DNA from: the human T2T-CHM13v2.0 reference genome, Homo sapiens
Direction: 5' to 3' (one strand)
Assembly: GCF_009914755.1 (NCBI RefSeq)
Contig: NC_060940.1
DNA: 64,000 bases
Part shown: positions 1 to 13,812 of the stretch, in pieces
Layout of the letters: every line of letters starts with the position of its first letter
How positions within the stretch are numbered: position 1 is the stretch's first letter
Translations under genes and position numbers: made by a program
Notes under the pieces: generated by a model
Database searches by the model: none
What the model was told of the DNA's origin: nothing
The model's input: the letters and a program-made list of their open reading frames with translations, nothing else

Positions 1-3000
1 GAGGGTGGGTTATGGGCACTTTCTGGGGCTGCAATGCCCATGGAGGAGGACAGGTTAGGGCACTATCAGGTATACGCTACTGGCGGCATTGGGGGATGGA
101 GGTGGGGGGCGCTATTGAGGGCAGGACTAGCCGTGGAGTGGGGGCGAGTTCAGTGCTATCAGGGGCTGCACTGCTGGCAGTGGTCAGCAGAGTTGGCATC
201 CAAGGAAGGAGTGGTTCTCCTCTCCCTGACTCCACACTCCAGAGGGCGACCCACTCTTGGTCATACTGGAATGCGGCAGGCACGCAGCATTTGCGTGGGA
301 ATCCTGAGCACGGCAGAGCCCCCACACCCACCATGGTTCCTGGGCCTGTGCACTCTGGGTCTGTGCCTCAGAGGCTGCCAGGCACCCCTGGGGACACCAC
401 GGGGGACAGGGCCCTGTGTGTGGAGGCGTCTGGAACAGGAATTGGCACCTGGGTGCAGAGGGCTGGCTGGGTCTGAATTTTTCTGCTTCTCCTGCTCCCC
501 GAGGAGTGCAGCCCCGGTGGGCCCAATGGTTCCTGTGGAGTGGGGAGCTGGGTGCTGTGGTGTCTCCAGCACCCTCCCCAGACCCCAGTTCCTGGCCAGC
601 TTGGGCCAAAAGGAGAGGCTGGACTTTGGAGGGTGGGTGTGAGTGCCTTTGCTGAAACTGGCCCCTGCCACCCAGTGGCCAGCATGACAAGTTGAGGCTC
701 TAACCCTTCCACCCCTCACATCTTCCTCTAGGCTTTTCTGGCTTTGCCCACCCAGCTGCTCCATGCCAGGAGGAGGAGGAGACACCTAGAGCCTGCGACA
801 CCACGACTTGCCTCACTGCGGGTGGGTGGCAGCGACAGAGACTGCAGTGCGCCAGAGCGGTAGGAGAGCGGCCGCGCTAGGAGGGCAGGCGGCTGCAGCC
901 AGGGTTGGGGGTCAGGCTTACAGCGATGGACGGGCTGCAGCAGTGGCCAGGTGGTAGGAGCCTTGTAGGGAAGGCTGGTGCATTGGCAATGGGCCTGGCT
1001 TTGCCCTGCATTGCCCTGTACCTGCCCTACTGTTACATGGACTGTCTCGGCCCTGTCCTGCTCTGGTCCCATCCTGACCCTGTCTTGGCCCTGTGCTACC
1101 CTGTCCCTGCCCTGGTCTTGCCCTGGCACTGGCCCTGCCCTGAACCGGCACTGGCCCTGCCCTGAACCTGCACTGGCCTGACCTTGGCTCTGGCCCTGGC
1201 TCTGGCCCTACCCCTTGTCCTGACCCTGGTCATGTCATGGCACTGGCCCTGCCAGTGGTCATGGTCCTACTCCTGTTCTGGCCCTGACCTGGCCTTGGAC
1301 ATGTCCTGGTCTTGCTTTGGCCCATCCCTGCCCTGGCCCTACCATGGGCCTGCCTTTTCTGCCTTCTCCTGGCACTGACCTTGCCCTGTCATGGCCCAGT
1401 GGTGCCATTGCCCTGCTTTACCCTGCACTGGTTGTACCTCGGCCCCGCTTGGTGCTGGCCACTCCCTGGACCTGCCCAGACCCTGCCTCGACTTTTGCCC
1501 TGCCCTCACTACAGCCTGGCCCTGGCCCTAGCCCTGGTCCTGCCATACCCCTGGCCCTGCCCTTATCCAGGCCCTGCCCCTGCTGCTGCCCTGGCCCTGG
1601 CCTGGAACCTGGTCCTGTCAAGGACCTGCCCTGACTCTGCCATGGCCCTGGCCCTGCTCTGCCTTGTTCCTGGCCCTGACCCTCTCCTGGCTCTGCACTG
1701 GCCTTTCCCTGGCCCTGAGCTGGCAGTGGTCTGCCCCTGGTCTGGCCATCACCCTGCCCTGCTGTGCTCTGGATGTGTCATCACCCTGCCCTGGCCCTAC
1801 TCTGCCTTTGACCCTGCCCTGGCCTTACCTTGGCCCTCACCCTAGTCTTCGCTAGGCCCTGCTCTGGAGCTGGCCCTAGCACAGACCTGGCCCTGACCCT
1901 GGCCCTGGTCTTTGTCCTGCCATAGCCCTGGCCCTGAAGTGGACTTGGAGGTGTCCTGGCCCCGGCGTAACATGGCTCTGCATTGGCCTGTCCCTGCCCT
2001 GCCCCTACCATTGCCTTGCCCTGCTCTGCCCTGTCCCAGTACTGACCCGGCCATGCTATTTCCCTGCCCTACCCTGCCTTGGCTGTGCCCTGGCTCAGTT
2101 CTGGCCCTGGGCCCGGCCCTGCCCTGGACATGTTCTGACACTGCCTCAGCCTTGGCACTAGCCTGGCTCTTTCTTGGCATCAGTCCTGCTCTCTCTGTGG
2201 ACCGGCTCTTGTCCTGTCCTGCACTGGCCATACCATGCCCTGCCCTGCCCTGCCCTGACTCAGCCCTGGCTCAGCCCTGGCCCAGCCTTGGCCTTGGCAT
2301 TGCCCCTGGTCCTGCCATATTTCTTGCCCTGTCCCTACCCTGGCCTTGGCCCTGACCCTTACCTTGCTCTGGCCCTGCCCTTGCCCTAACACAGCCCCTG
2401 GCCCTGTCATGGCCCTGCCCTGGACCTGTCCTGGCCCTGTCCTGGCCCTGGCCTGGCCCTGGCCCTTCCCTGCTTGAGACCTTGCCCTGGTTCTCCTCTG
2501 GCCCTGACCCTGAAATGCCTGGCCCTACCCTGGCCTTGCACTGCTCTGGCCCTTGCCCTGACTCTGGTCCTGTCACTGGCCTAGCCCCAGCCCTGTTGCT
2601 GGTCTTATCATGGCCCAGACCCTGCCTTGGCCCTGCCCTGACACTGTCCTGGACCCTGGCTGTGCCAAGATCCTGCACTGTCCTTGCCCTTGTTTTGCTC
2701 CTGCCCCAAACCTGGTCCTGCCCAGGCCCTGGCCCTGGCCCTCCCCTGGCTGTTCCCTGGCCCTGCCCAGGTCTTGGCACTGGCCTGGCCCTGCCCTGCC
2801 TTGGCCCTATGCTTTCCTGGCCCTTCCTTGACGGCCCTGGTCCTGCCTTGGCCCTAGCCTGGCTTTGACCCTGCCCTGGCCCTACCTTGGCCTTCATCCT
2901 AGCCTTACCTGGGCACTGTGTTGTACCTGGCCATAGCGCAGACCTGGTTGTGGCCCTGGCCCTGCCATGGCCCTGCCCCAGACCCTAGCCCTGCCAGGTA

Positions 3001-4094
3001 CCTGTCCTGGCCCTGCTCTGGGCCTGGCTTTGTCCCTGGTTCTTAGATGACCCTGGCCCTGCCCCTGCCCTTGTCCTTGCCCTGGCACTGGCCTTGGACA
3101 TGTCCGTGGTCCTAACCCTGGCCCTGCCCTGGAGCTGCCACTGTCGTGGCCCTGCCCCGGCCCTGGCCCTGCCCCGGCCCCAGCCATAGACCTGCCCTGG
3201 CCCTGCCCTCCCTTTGGCCCTGCCCTGACCCCGCCTTGGCCCTAGCACATACCTGGTCCTATCTGTGGCGTTGGCCTGGCATTGACCCCTGCTCCTGACC
3301 CTACTCCTGCCATGGCCCTTGCCCTGCCAATGACCCTGACAGCCCCGGCCCTGGCCCTGTCTTGGCCCTGGCCCTGAACTGGCCCTGCCCTGACCCCGGC
3401 CCTGAATTGGATTTGCAGGTGTCTTGTCCCTGATTTAACCTGGCCCTACCATGGCCCTGTCCCTCTCCTGGCTCTGTCCTGGTCTCGTGCTGACCCTGAC
3501 CCAGACCTTGGCCCTGCCCCAGCCTTGTCCTTGACCTGGCCATGGCCCTGCCTCTGCCCTGGACCAGCGCTGTCACTGGCATGGACCCTGGCCCTGGCCC
3601 TTTGCTACTTAAGGCCATACCCTGTCCCAGCCCTGGTCCTGACCCTGTCCTGGCCCTAATTTGGCCTGGCTCTACCCTGGCATGCTATTCTGGCCCTAGC
3701 CCTGACCCTGTCCCTGTCCTGGCCCTAGCCCCATTGCTGGTCCTGCCATGGCTCTTATCCTGACATTGCCCTTTCCTGGTCCTGGCCCTGGCCCTGTCCC
3801 AGCCCTGTTCTGGCCCTGGTCTGAACCCTGGCCCTGCAATGGACCCTCCTTGGTCCTACCCAGACCCTGGTTCTGGCCCTACCTCTGCCCTGGCTATACC
3901 TTTGCCCTGGCCTGGACCCCAGTACTGGTCCTTGTCCTGCCCCAGCCGTGGCCCCGGCCCCGCCCTGCCTGTGCCCTGTTCTATCCTGGGCTGGCCCTGC
4001 CATGGCCTGGTCTTGCCATTGGCCTGCCCTAGCCTGCCCTGCTTGTGCCCTAGATCTGCCCCGGCCTTTGCCCCTGTCTTGGTTCCAGCCTTGA
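1..4094 (+). repeat. Segmental duplication copy A (GC-rich leader plus CAGGG array), paralogous to 38090-42064
   Basis: Position 1 GAGGGTGGGTTATGGGCACTTTCTGGGGCTGC recurs at 38090. The copies stay colinear to GGTTCCAGCCTTGA (4094) vs GGTTCTAGCCTTGA (42064). About 10 differences in the first 120 bp. Confidence 0.95.
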
Positions 4095-4479
4095 CTCAGC
4101 CCTGGACCTTCCCTGACCTTGCCTCAGCCCTGGCACTACCCTGGCCTTGGCTTGGCATTTGCCCTACTCTCTCTATGGCCTGGCTCTGGTCCTGCCCTGC
4201 TCTGCTCTTGTTCTGTCCTGGCACAGCCCTGGCCCTGCCGTATCACTGGCTCTGGTCCTGCCCTTATGCAGGCCTGCCCCTGCCCCTGCCTTGGCTTTGG
4301 CCTGGACCTTGGCCGTACAGTGACCCTGCCATGACCCTTTCCTGGCCCTGGCCTGGAACTTGGCCCTGCCAAGGACTCGCCCTGGCTCTGTCATGGCCCT
4401 GGCCCTTTCCTGGATTTGGATGTGTCCTGTCCCTTATTTGCCCCGGCCCTTCCCTGGCTCTGCCATACCCCTTCTCTGG
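990..4479 (-). repeat. Degenerate CAGGG-type GC-rich array (CCCTG/GGCCCT on the + strand)
   Basis: Continuous 5-6 bp units CCCTG, CCCTGG, GCCCTG with strong C/T skew on +. Resembles the CAGGG repeats described at hominoid pericentromeric duplication boundaries. Confidence 0.9.
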
Positions 4480-5172
4480 GGTAGGGCCAGGGTCAGGACC
4501 AGGGTAGGGCCATGGTAAGGCCTGAAGATGGGAAGGGCCGGGGCAGCGGCAGGACCAGGGAAGGGTCAGGGCCAGTGATGTGGTAGGACTAGGGGCAGAG
4601 CCGGCACTAGGGCTGAGCCGGGGCAGAGCAGGAGAGATTACATTAGGCTATCACATAAAATTTTTATTTTAGATTTTTAAGATAACTATAGTAGTGGTAA
4701 TAATGTCTATACTATGTTGTTTGTAATAGTAATAATATTTGCAGTAAATAATCACTAAATTTTAACTAATACTATCTTTGCTTCCAGTAGTGTTCTATGA
4801 GTACAATTTTATCAATATGTAAATATGTGAGGCATTGATTCTCACAATAATTCTAGGTGCTAGGTACTTAAAGCATCCCCATTTTCCAAATGTAGGAAAC
4901 AGGCATAAAGAAGTTAAATACTTGGCCAGATTACTCCTGTAATCCCAGCACTTTGGGAGGCCAAGGCAGGCAAATGGCTTGAGCTCAGGAGTTTGGAACC
5001 AGCCTGGGCAACATTGTGAAACCCCATCTCTACTAAAAATGCACAAAAAGAGCTGATTTAAGTTTCTTATAGGATTCTGGTTATAAAACACTGGTCAAAC
5101 ACACAGGGCATGGATAGGGCAGGGCCAGGGACAAGGTCAGGTCAGGAAGGGGCCAGGGCCAAGGCAGGGCCA
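4480..5172 (+). repeat. Inverted cassette within the array: G-rich ends (4480-4636, 5105-5172) around an AT-rich core with an Alu left monomer (about 4933-5050)
   Basis: The repeat reads CAGGG/AGGGCC on + at both ends, opposite to the flanks. The core contains CCTGTAATCCCAGCACTTTGGGAGGCC...CTCTACTAAAAAT. Confidence 0.8.
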
Positions 5173-6872
5173 GAGCTGGACTTGGAGGTGTCCTGGTCTG
5201 ATTTGCCCTGTCCCAACGTTGGCCCAGCCCTGCTCTGGCACTTCCTGTCATGCCCTGTCCCTGGTCTGAGCATTGGCCCTGGCCCTGTCCTGCTTCTGGC
5301 CCTGCCCCAGAGTTGACCAGGCACTGCCATGGCCCAGTCCTGCATTGCCCTGCCCTTTTCTGCCCTGGTGCTGCCATGGCCCTGCTTGGGCCCTAGCTCT
5401 GCCTCGACTCTGGACCTGCCCTGACTCTGCTCAGCCCTGGATCTACCCTGACTCTGCCTTGGTGTTGCCCTCCCATCTCTATGGCCTGGCTCTGGCCCTG
5501 CCTTGCACAGGCCATGCTCTGCCCTGCATGTCCCAGCCTGGGCCCAGCCCTTGCCCTACCATATTTCTGACCCCACCCGTACCCTTGTTCTGGCCTTGAC
5601 CCTGCCGTGGCATTCTCCTGGCCCTTCCTTGGTCCTGCCCTGCCCTTCCATGCCCTGGCCTTTCCCTCACCCTGCACTGGTCCTGCCCTGCCCTGGCAGT
5701 GCCTTGGCCCTGGCCCTGCCTTCTCCCTGGCCTTGCCCTTTCCCTGCCCTGGCCTGACCCCAGGCCTACCGAGTCCATGAAATGACCCTGGACCTGCCTT
5801 GCCATCATCTGTCCTGGCCCTGTATTGTCCCCACCATGCTCTGGTCCAGCGCTTACCCTGGCCCTGTTGCTAGTCCTGCCACTGCTATGGCCCTGCCCTG
5901 TTTTTGGCCATGACCTGTGCTACCCTAGCCCTGCCCCGCCTTGGCCTTGGCCCTACCGTGGCCTTTTCCTACCCTGGCCTGGCCGTACACTGGCCATTTC
6001 TACCCTGGCCTTGCCCTTCCCTGGTCTTGCCCTGCCCTGGCCTTGCCCTGCCCTGGCCTTGGCTTTGCCTTATCCTGGTCCTGGTTCTGCCCTGGCCCTG
6101 CCCTTTCTCTGGATCCTCTCTGGTTCTGCCTTCTCCCTGGCCCTGCCCTTGCTCTGGCCCTGTTCCTGGCTCAGCCTTGACCCTGGCCCTGGCCCTGACA
6201 ATCCCCAGGCCGCACACTGGCCATGCTTGGCCCTGGCCCCTCCTTTGGCCCTGCCCTGGCCCTGTGCTATCTTAGTACAGGGCCTTGGCCTTGGCCCTGT
6301 GCTATCTTAGTCCTGCCCTGGCCCTGAACTTGCCCTGGCCCTACCCTCACCCTACACTGGCCCTGCCCTGGCCCTGCCTTTGGACTGCCCTGGCTCTGGT
6401 TCTGCCATGGCCTTGCCCTTGCCCTGGACCCTCCCTGGCCATGTTTTTACTGTGGTCCTTCTCTGGCCTTGCCCTTGCCCTTTCCCCTTTCTGGTCCTGC
6501 CATGTTTCTGGCCCTGCCCTGTCCATGTCCTGGACCTGACTCTGGCCCTGGACCTCCCTCTGGCCCTGGACCTCCCTGTCCCTGCCCTGCCATACCCTGG
6601 CCCGTTTCTTGCTCTACACTGACCCTGCCCTGCCTTGGCCCTGTGCTACCCTAGCCCTGCCCTGGCCTTCTGCTGGCCCTGATCCTGCCATGGCCCTGGC
6701 CCTGCCCCTGCCATGTCCCTGCCCTGGCCCTGGTTCTGCCCTACTTCTGGCCCTGGCCTTGGTCCTCTTATGTCCCTGGCTGTGACCCTGCCCCTGGTTT
6801 TTCTCTGGCCATGACCCTGCCCCGGTTCTGTCCTATCCCTGGCCCTGTCTCAGTTCTGTCCTAGCCCTGGCC
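5173..6872 (-). repeat. CAGGG-type array, continuation
   Basis: CCCTG/GGCCCT units resume after GAGCTGGACTTGGAGGTGTCCTGG and end abruptly at about 6872. Confidence 0.9.
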
Positions 6873-7264
6873 TTTCACAGTACTTTATGCTTAGTAAGGG
6901 CTCCATAGTGTCTGTGAGTTGAATGTTGTGTTCATAGTATCTGCCAAAACAGAAAGAAAAAAAACAAAATCTGAAGATGAGAAGTTAAAGCTTTGTATAT
7001 AATATGCCTTGAATTGTAAGTGCTTGTTATTAGTTGTATTACATGTAGGTCATGGTTTTGTACACATAACTCCAAACCATTGATACTGTTAAAAGAATAT
7101 ATGAATATATGAAAGAATATATAAACGTAAGAATGTATGAGTATCTAATGACCTCTCCAAACTAATTTTTATTTTTAGCTCTATTAGATTTTTCTCAGTG
7201 TAACAAATGTTTATTCCTATGTAATTAAGGGCATATTTCCTGTACAGAATATTCATATTACTTA

Positions 7265-7750
<486 letters not shown>

Positions 7751-7882
7751 AAAGAAATATAAGTAAATATAAATATAAATACATATAAATATAAAAATGA
7801 ATACATGAAAACAATTTTTAAATTTAACATCACTGAGGGCATCCTATCCATTTCATTTCATGATTCCATTACATCATTTCAC

Positions 7883-10800
7883 TTAGATGAAGTGATAAGG
7901 TTACTTGAGATGAGATGAAATGATGAGATGAAATGATGAAATGATGAGATGAAATGATGAGATGAAATTTTGAGATGAAATGATGAGTAGAAATGATGAG
8001 ATGAAATGATGAGATAAAATGACAAAATTGAAAAGAAATTGAAAGGAGATGAGATGACATGAAATGAGATGAGGGATGAAATGATGAGATGAAACGAGAT
8101 GAAATGATGAGAAGAAATGAAATGAAATAATGAAATGAAATGATATGAAATAATGAAATTGAGATGAGATGAGATGATATAATGAGATAAAATGATGAGA
8201 TGAAATGAGATGAACGATAAGATGAAATGATGAAATAAGATGAGATGATAAGACGAAATGATGAGATGAAATGAGATGAAAAATGAGATGAAATAATGAA
8301 ATGAGATGAAATCAAATAATGAAAGGAAATTATGAAATGTAATGATGAAATAATGAAATGGCAATGATGAGATGAGAAGAAATGATGAGATGAAATGATG
8401 AAATGATGAGATGAGATGAAATGATGAGATGAAATGAGATTAAATGATGAGATTAAATGATGAGATGTGATGAAATGAGATGAAATGATGACATGAAATC
8501 AGATGAAATAATGAGATGAAATGATGAGATGAAATGATGAGATGAGATGAAATGAGATGAGATGAAATGTGATGAGATGAAATGACATAATGAAATGAAA
8601 TAATGAAATGAAATGATGAAATGGAATAATGAAATGGAAATGATGAGATGAGATGCAATGAGTTGAAATGATGAGATGAAATGAGATGAAATGATGAGAT
8701 GAAAAGATGAGGAGACGAGATGTGATGAAATGATGACATGAAATGACATAAAATGAGATGAAATAAGATGTAATGAATGAAATGAGATGAAATGATGAGA
8801 TGAGATGAAATGGTGAGATAAAGTGATGATATGAAATGATGATATGAAATGATCAGATGAATGATAAGAGGAGATGATGAGATGAAATGATGAGATGAAA
8901 TGAAATGAAATGAAATAATGAGATGAATGATATGAAATAATGAAATAAAATGAAATAAAATTGAAATGAGATGAGATGAAATAAGATGAAATGATGAAAT
9001 AAAATGATGAAATGATGAGATGTGATGAGATGAAATGATGAGATGACATGACATGAAATAATGAAATGAAATAATGAAATGAAATTGAGAAGATACGAGA
9101 TGAGATGAAATGATGAGATGAAATGATGAAATGATAAGATGAAATGAGTTGATGAGATGATGAGATGAAATGATGAGATGAAATTAGATGAAATGAAATT
9201 AGATGAAATGTAATGAGATGAAATGAAATGACATAATGAAATGAAATAATGAAATGAAATAATGAAATGAGGTGAAATTAAATGAGATGATGAAATTAAG
9301 TGATGAAATAATGAAATGGAAATGAAATGGAAATGATGAGATGAGACGAAATGATGAGATGAATGATGAGATGCAATGATGAGATGAAATGATGAGGTGA
9401 GATGTAATGATGAGATGTAATGAAATGAGATGAAATGAATGAGATGAAATGAAATAATGAAAGGAAATTGAATTGAGATGAGATGAGATGAAATGATGAG
9501 ATAAAATGAGATGAAATAAGAAATGATGAGATGAGATGAAATGATGAGATGAAATGAGATTAAATGATGAGATGAGATGTGATGAAATGAGATGAAATGA
9601 TGACATGATATGATGACATGAAATCAGATGAAATAATGAGATGAAAGATGAAATGATGAGATGAGATGAAATGTGATGAGATGAAATGACATAATGAAAT
9701 GAAATAATGAAATGAAATGATGAAATGGAATGATGAAATGGAAATCATGAGATGAGATGCAATGAGTTGAAATGAGATGAAATGATGAGATGAAAAGATG
9801 AGATGAGACGAGATGTGATGAAATGATGACATGAAATGACATAAAATGAGATGAAATAAGATGTAATGATGAAATGAGATGAAATGATGAGATGAGATGA
9901 AATGAAATGGTGAGATAAAATAATGAGATGAAATGATGAGGTGAATGATGAGATGAAATGAGATAAGAGGAGACGATGAGATGAAATGATGAGATGAAAT
10001 GATGAGATGAAATGAAATGAAATAATGAAATAATGAGATGAAATGATATGAAATAATGAAATAAAATGAAATTGAAATAAAATTGAAATGAGATGAGATG
10101 AAATAATAAGATGAAATGAAATAAAATGATGAAATGATGAGATGTGATGAGATGAAATGATGAGATGACATGACATGAAATAATGAAATGAAATAATGAA
10201 ATGAAATTGAAATGAGATGAGAAGATATAAGATGAGATGAAATGATGAAATGATAAGATGAAATGAGTTGATGAGATGATGAGATGAAATGATGAGATGA
10301 AAAGAGATGAAATGAGATGAAATTAGATGAAATGAAATTAGATGAAATGTAATGAGATGAAATGAAATGACATAATGAAATGAAATAATGAAATGAGGTG
10401 AAATTAAATGAGATGATGAAATTAAATGATGAAATGAAATAATGAAATGGAAATGGAAATGATGAGATGAGATGAAATGATGAGATGAATGATGAGATGC
10501 AATGATGAGATGAAATGATGAGATGAGATGAGATGTAATGATGAGATGTAATGAAATGAGATGAAATGAATGAGATGAAATGAAATAATGAAGGAAATTG
10601 AAATGAGATGAAATGAGATAAAATGAGATGAAATAAGAAATGATGAGATGAAATGATGAAATGCTGAGGTGAGATGAGGTGAAAGGAGATGAAATGAAAG
10701 GATGAGATGAAATGATGAGATGAGATGAAATGAGATGAGGTGAGATGAGATGAAATGAGATGAAATGATGAAATGCTGAGGTGAGATGAGGTGAAAGGAG

Positions 10801-11720
10801 ATGAAATGAAAGGATGAGATGAAATGATGAGATGAGATGAAATGAGATGAGGTGAGATGAGATGAAATGAGATGAAATGATGAAATGATGAGATGAAATG
10901 AGGTAAGATGAGATGAAATGATGAGATGAGATGAAATGAAATAAAGTGAAATGAAATGAAATAATGAAATTGAGATGAGACGAAATGAGTTAAACTGATG
11001 AGATGAAATGATGAGAAGAAATGAGATGAAATGATGAAATGATGAGATATGATGATATGAAATGATGAGATAAAAATGATGAGATGAAATGAGATGAATT
11101 GAAATGAGATGAAATGAAATAATGAAATAATGAAATGAGATGAAATGAGGAAATGATATTGAAATGAAATTGAAAGATGAGATGAGATGAAATGATGAAA
11201 TGAAGAGATGTGGTGAGATGAAATGATGAGCTGAAATGATGAGACGAAATGAAATGAGATTAAATGAGATGAAAAATGATGAGATGAAATGATGAGATGA
11301 AATGAGATGAGATGAATTGAGATGAGATGAGATGAAATAATGAGATTAGGTGAAATAATGAAATGAGATGAAATGAAATAATGAAATTGAAATGAGATGA
11401 GAAGAAATGATGAGATGAAATGTTGAAAGGAGGAAATGATGAGATGAGATGAAATGATGAGATGAAATGAATTGAGATGAAATGATGAGATGAAAAATGA
11501 TATGAAAAATGATGAGATGAAATGAGATGATATGAAGTGACATAATGAAATTAGATGAAATTAAATGAAATAGTGAAATGAAATAATGAAAATGAAATGG
11601 AAATGAGATGAGATTTGATGAAATGATGAGATGATATGATGAGATAAAATGAGATGAAATGATGAGATGAAATGATGAAATGAGATGAAATGATGAGATG
11701 AAATGATGAGGTGAAGTGAT
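7883..11720 (+). repeat. GAAAT/GAGAT/GAT satellite array (pentamer one substitution from the HSat3 GGAAT unit)
   Basis: About 3.8 kb of ATGAGATGAAATG-type units, almost no C on the + strand. Confidence 0.92.
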
Positions 11721-12459
11721 GCACTGTCACGTGTGTGTCTATTCTTTTTCCCAACCAACAAAAATTACAATTCATTTTAATTTTATTATTTAAGAATATT
11801 CTTAAGAGTTGAAGGAAAAATAATATCTACATTATGGGTTACAATCTAAGTATAAATAATACATAAATATATTAAAACTTACAAAGAATATGTTTTGGAA
11901 TCAAATATACCATGCTTCTGTGATGACAGTTATTTCATGCTGGTTGTCACAATTTTACATGAAAAACTAATGAAAAAGTGTTTTTAACTGTTTCTAAAAA
12001 TAAGTTTCCAAAAGAGTTTTACATTCGAAATATGAAAAAGATGTCTTTGCGTTCCTTAATCTGATGAGATTTTCACACTCTGCACATGATAATTGTTAGA
12101 TTTTTATTGTGTTGATAAATTGTATATCAAATAAAAAATGTTATTACCTCTTAAATTAGGATTTTTAGGTGATATAGGCAGAAAGGAAGGCAAGTTTTTA
12201 TAACTTTGTCTAAATGAACTTTCTAAATGCCTGAGTATTAAAAGATAACGTCTATAAATCACAATGTATATATTACTGTATGACCTAGGACCAATCAAAA
12301 CCGTTACCTCTGATAACATTATATTGTGCCCAATATAAAATAGATATAATAATACCTCAAACATAAATCCAGGCATTGTCATTGAATATCTTAAGAATAT
12401 GCAGCAAAGGTGCTTTTAAAAATACAAGCTAGTGATTGTACTAAATTTGTAAATTACAT

Positions 12460-13812
12460 AGGATAGTGGGTCATTTTAAGAATATTAGTTATTTCAATCT
12501 ATAAACGTGGATGTCTTTTTTGTGTTTTCTTTAATTTCTTTCATTAATATTCGTCATTTTTGTTGTAGAAATCTTTTACTTCCTTGGTTAAATTTATTTC
12601 TAAGTACATTTTTGTAGCTATTGTAAAAGGAATTGCTTTCTTAATTTCTTGTTTCAGCTAGTTTACTATCAATATATAGAAATGCTACTGATTTTTGTAT
12701 GTTGATTTATATCCTGCAACTTTATTAATTTCATGTATCACCCTAAGAAGCTTTTGGTAGCATCTTATTTTTTTCCGTGTATAAGATCACATTGTCTTTA
12801 AACAAGGACAATTTGACTGTCTCCTTTCCAATTCAGATATCCTGTATTTCTTTCTCTCACCTAATTGTCCTGGCTAAGACTTTCACTATGTGAAATATGA
12901 TTGGTGAAAATAGGCATCCTTTTCTTGTTACAGTAAAATCTTTTTCTTGTTCACAGTAAAATCTTTCACCTTTTCCACACTCAGTATGATCTTAGCTGTA
13001 GATTTGTCCTTTATGTCCTTCTGTGTTAAGGCATATATTTTCTATACTAAATTGTTAAGAGGTTTTTTGTCATGTAAGAATATTTAATTTTGCCAAATGC
13101 TTTTATTGTGTTTATTAATTTGATCATATGGTTTTCAGTATATATCCAAAGGAAAGAAAATCAGTATATCAAAGAGTTACCTGCACCTGCATGTTTATTA
13201 CAACACTATTCACAATAGCCAAGATATGGAATCAACAAAAGTGTCCATCAACAGATGAATGGATAAAGAAATGTGACATACATATATAATGGAATATTGT
13301 TTAGTCATAATAAAGAACAAAATCCTGTTATTTGTGGCAACAAGAATGCAAGTGGAGGGCATTATGTTAGGTGAAATAAGCCTGGCATAGAAACATAAAC
13401 ACCACATAACTACGTGTTCTCACTTATGTATGGAAGCTAAAATTTTTAATCTCGTAGAAGTAGATAGTAGAGTTTTGGTTACCATATCCTGGAAAGAGTA
13501 GGAGAAAGAAGAGTATAAGAAAAATGTGGTTAATACATACAAAATTACAGGTGGAGAGAAGGAAGAAGTTCTAGTTCTCTACAGCACTGTTGGGTGACTG
13601 TAGTTAACGGGAATTTATTGTGTGTTTTCAAATAACTAAAATAAAAGATTTTGAATATTCTCACTGAAAAGAAATAATACATGATTTAGGTAATGGATGT
13701 GATAATGACTGTGACTTGATCTTTATGCATTGCATAAATATATCAAAATATCACTCTGTACCCCATAACGTGTACATTTATTATATGTCAAAGTAAATTT
13801 AAAAGAGAAAAA
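12460..13812. mobile_element. Old L1 (L1MA-like), 5'-inverted
   Basis: About 12460-13135 is antisense ORF2-type sequence. From about 13136 it is sense ORF2 end plus 3'UTR (TATATCCAAAGGAAAGAAAATCAGTATATC...CTGTACCCCATAA) ending in an A-rich tail. Confidence 0.8.

Noticed and set aside
12-642. 154-aa and 202-aa ORFs in the GC-rich leader (and 37913-38646)
   Set aside because: The frames shift between copy A and copy B, there is no recognisable domain, and stops are rare at this GC content.
728-6654. Many overlapping ORFs rich in P/L/A/W/C or G/Q/R/A (also 38993-42119)
   Set aside because: They are translations of the CCCTG/CAGGG array in all frames, with indels between the two copies that do not preserve frame.
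7869-11775. Minus-strand H/F/I/S-rich ORFs
   Set aside because: They are translations of the satellite, whose minus strand rarely forms stop codons.
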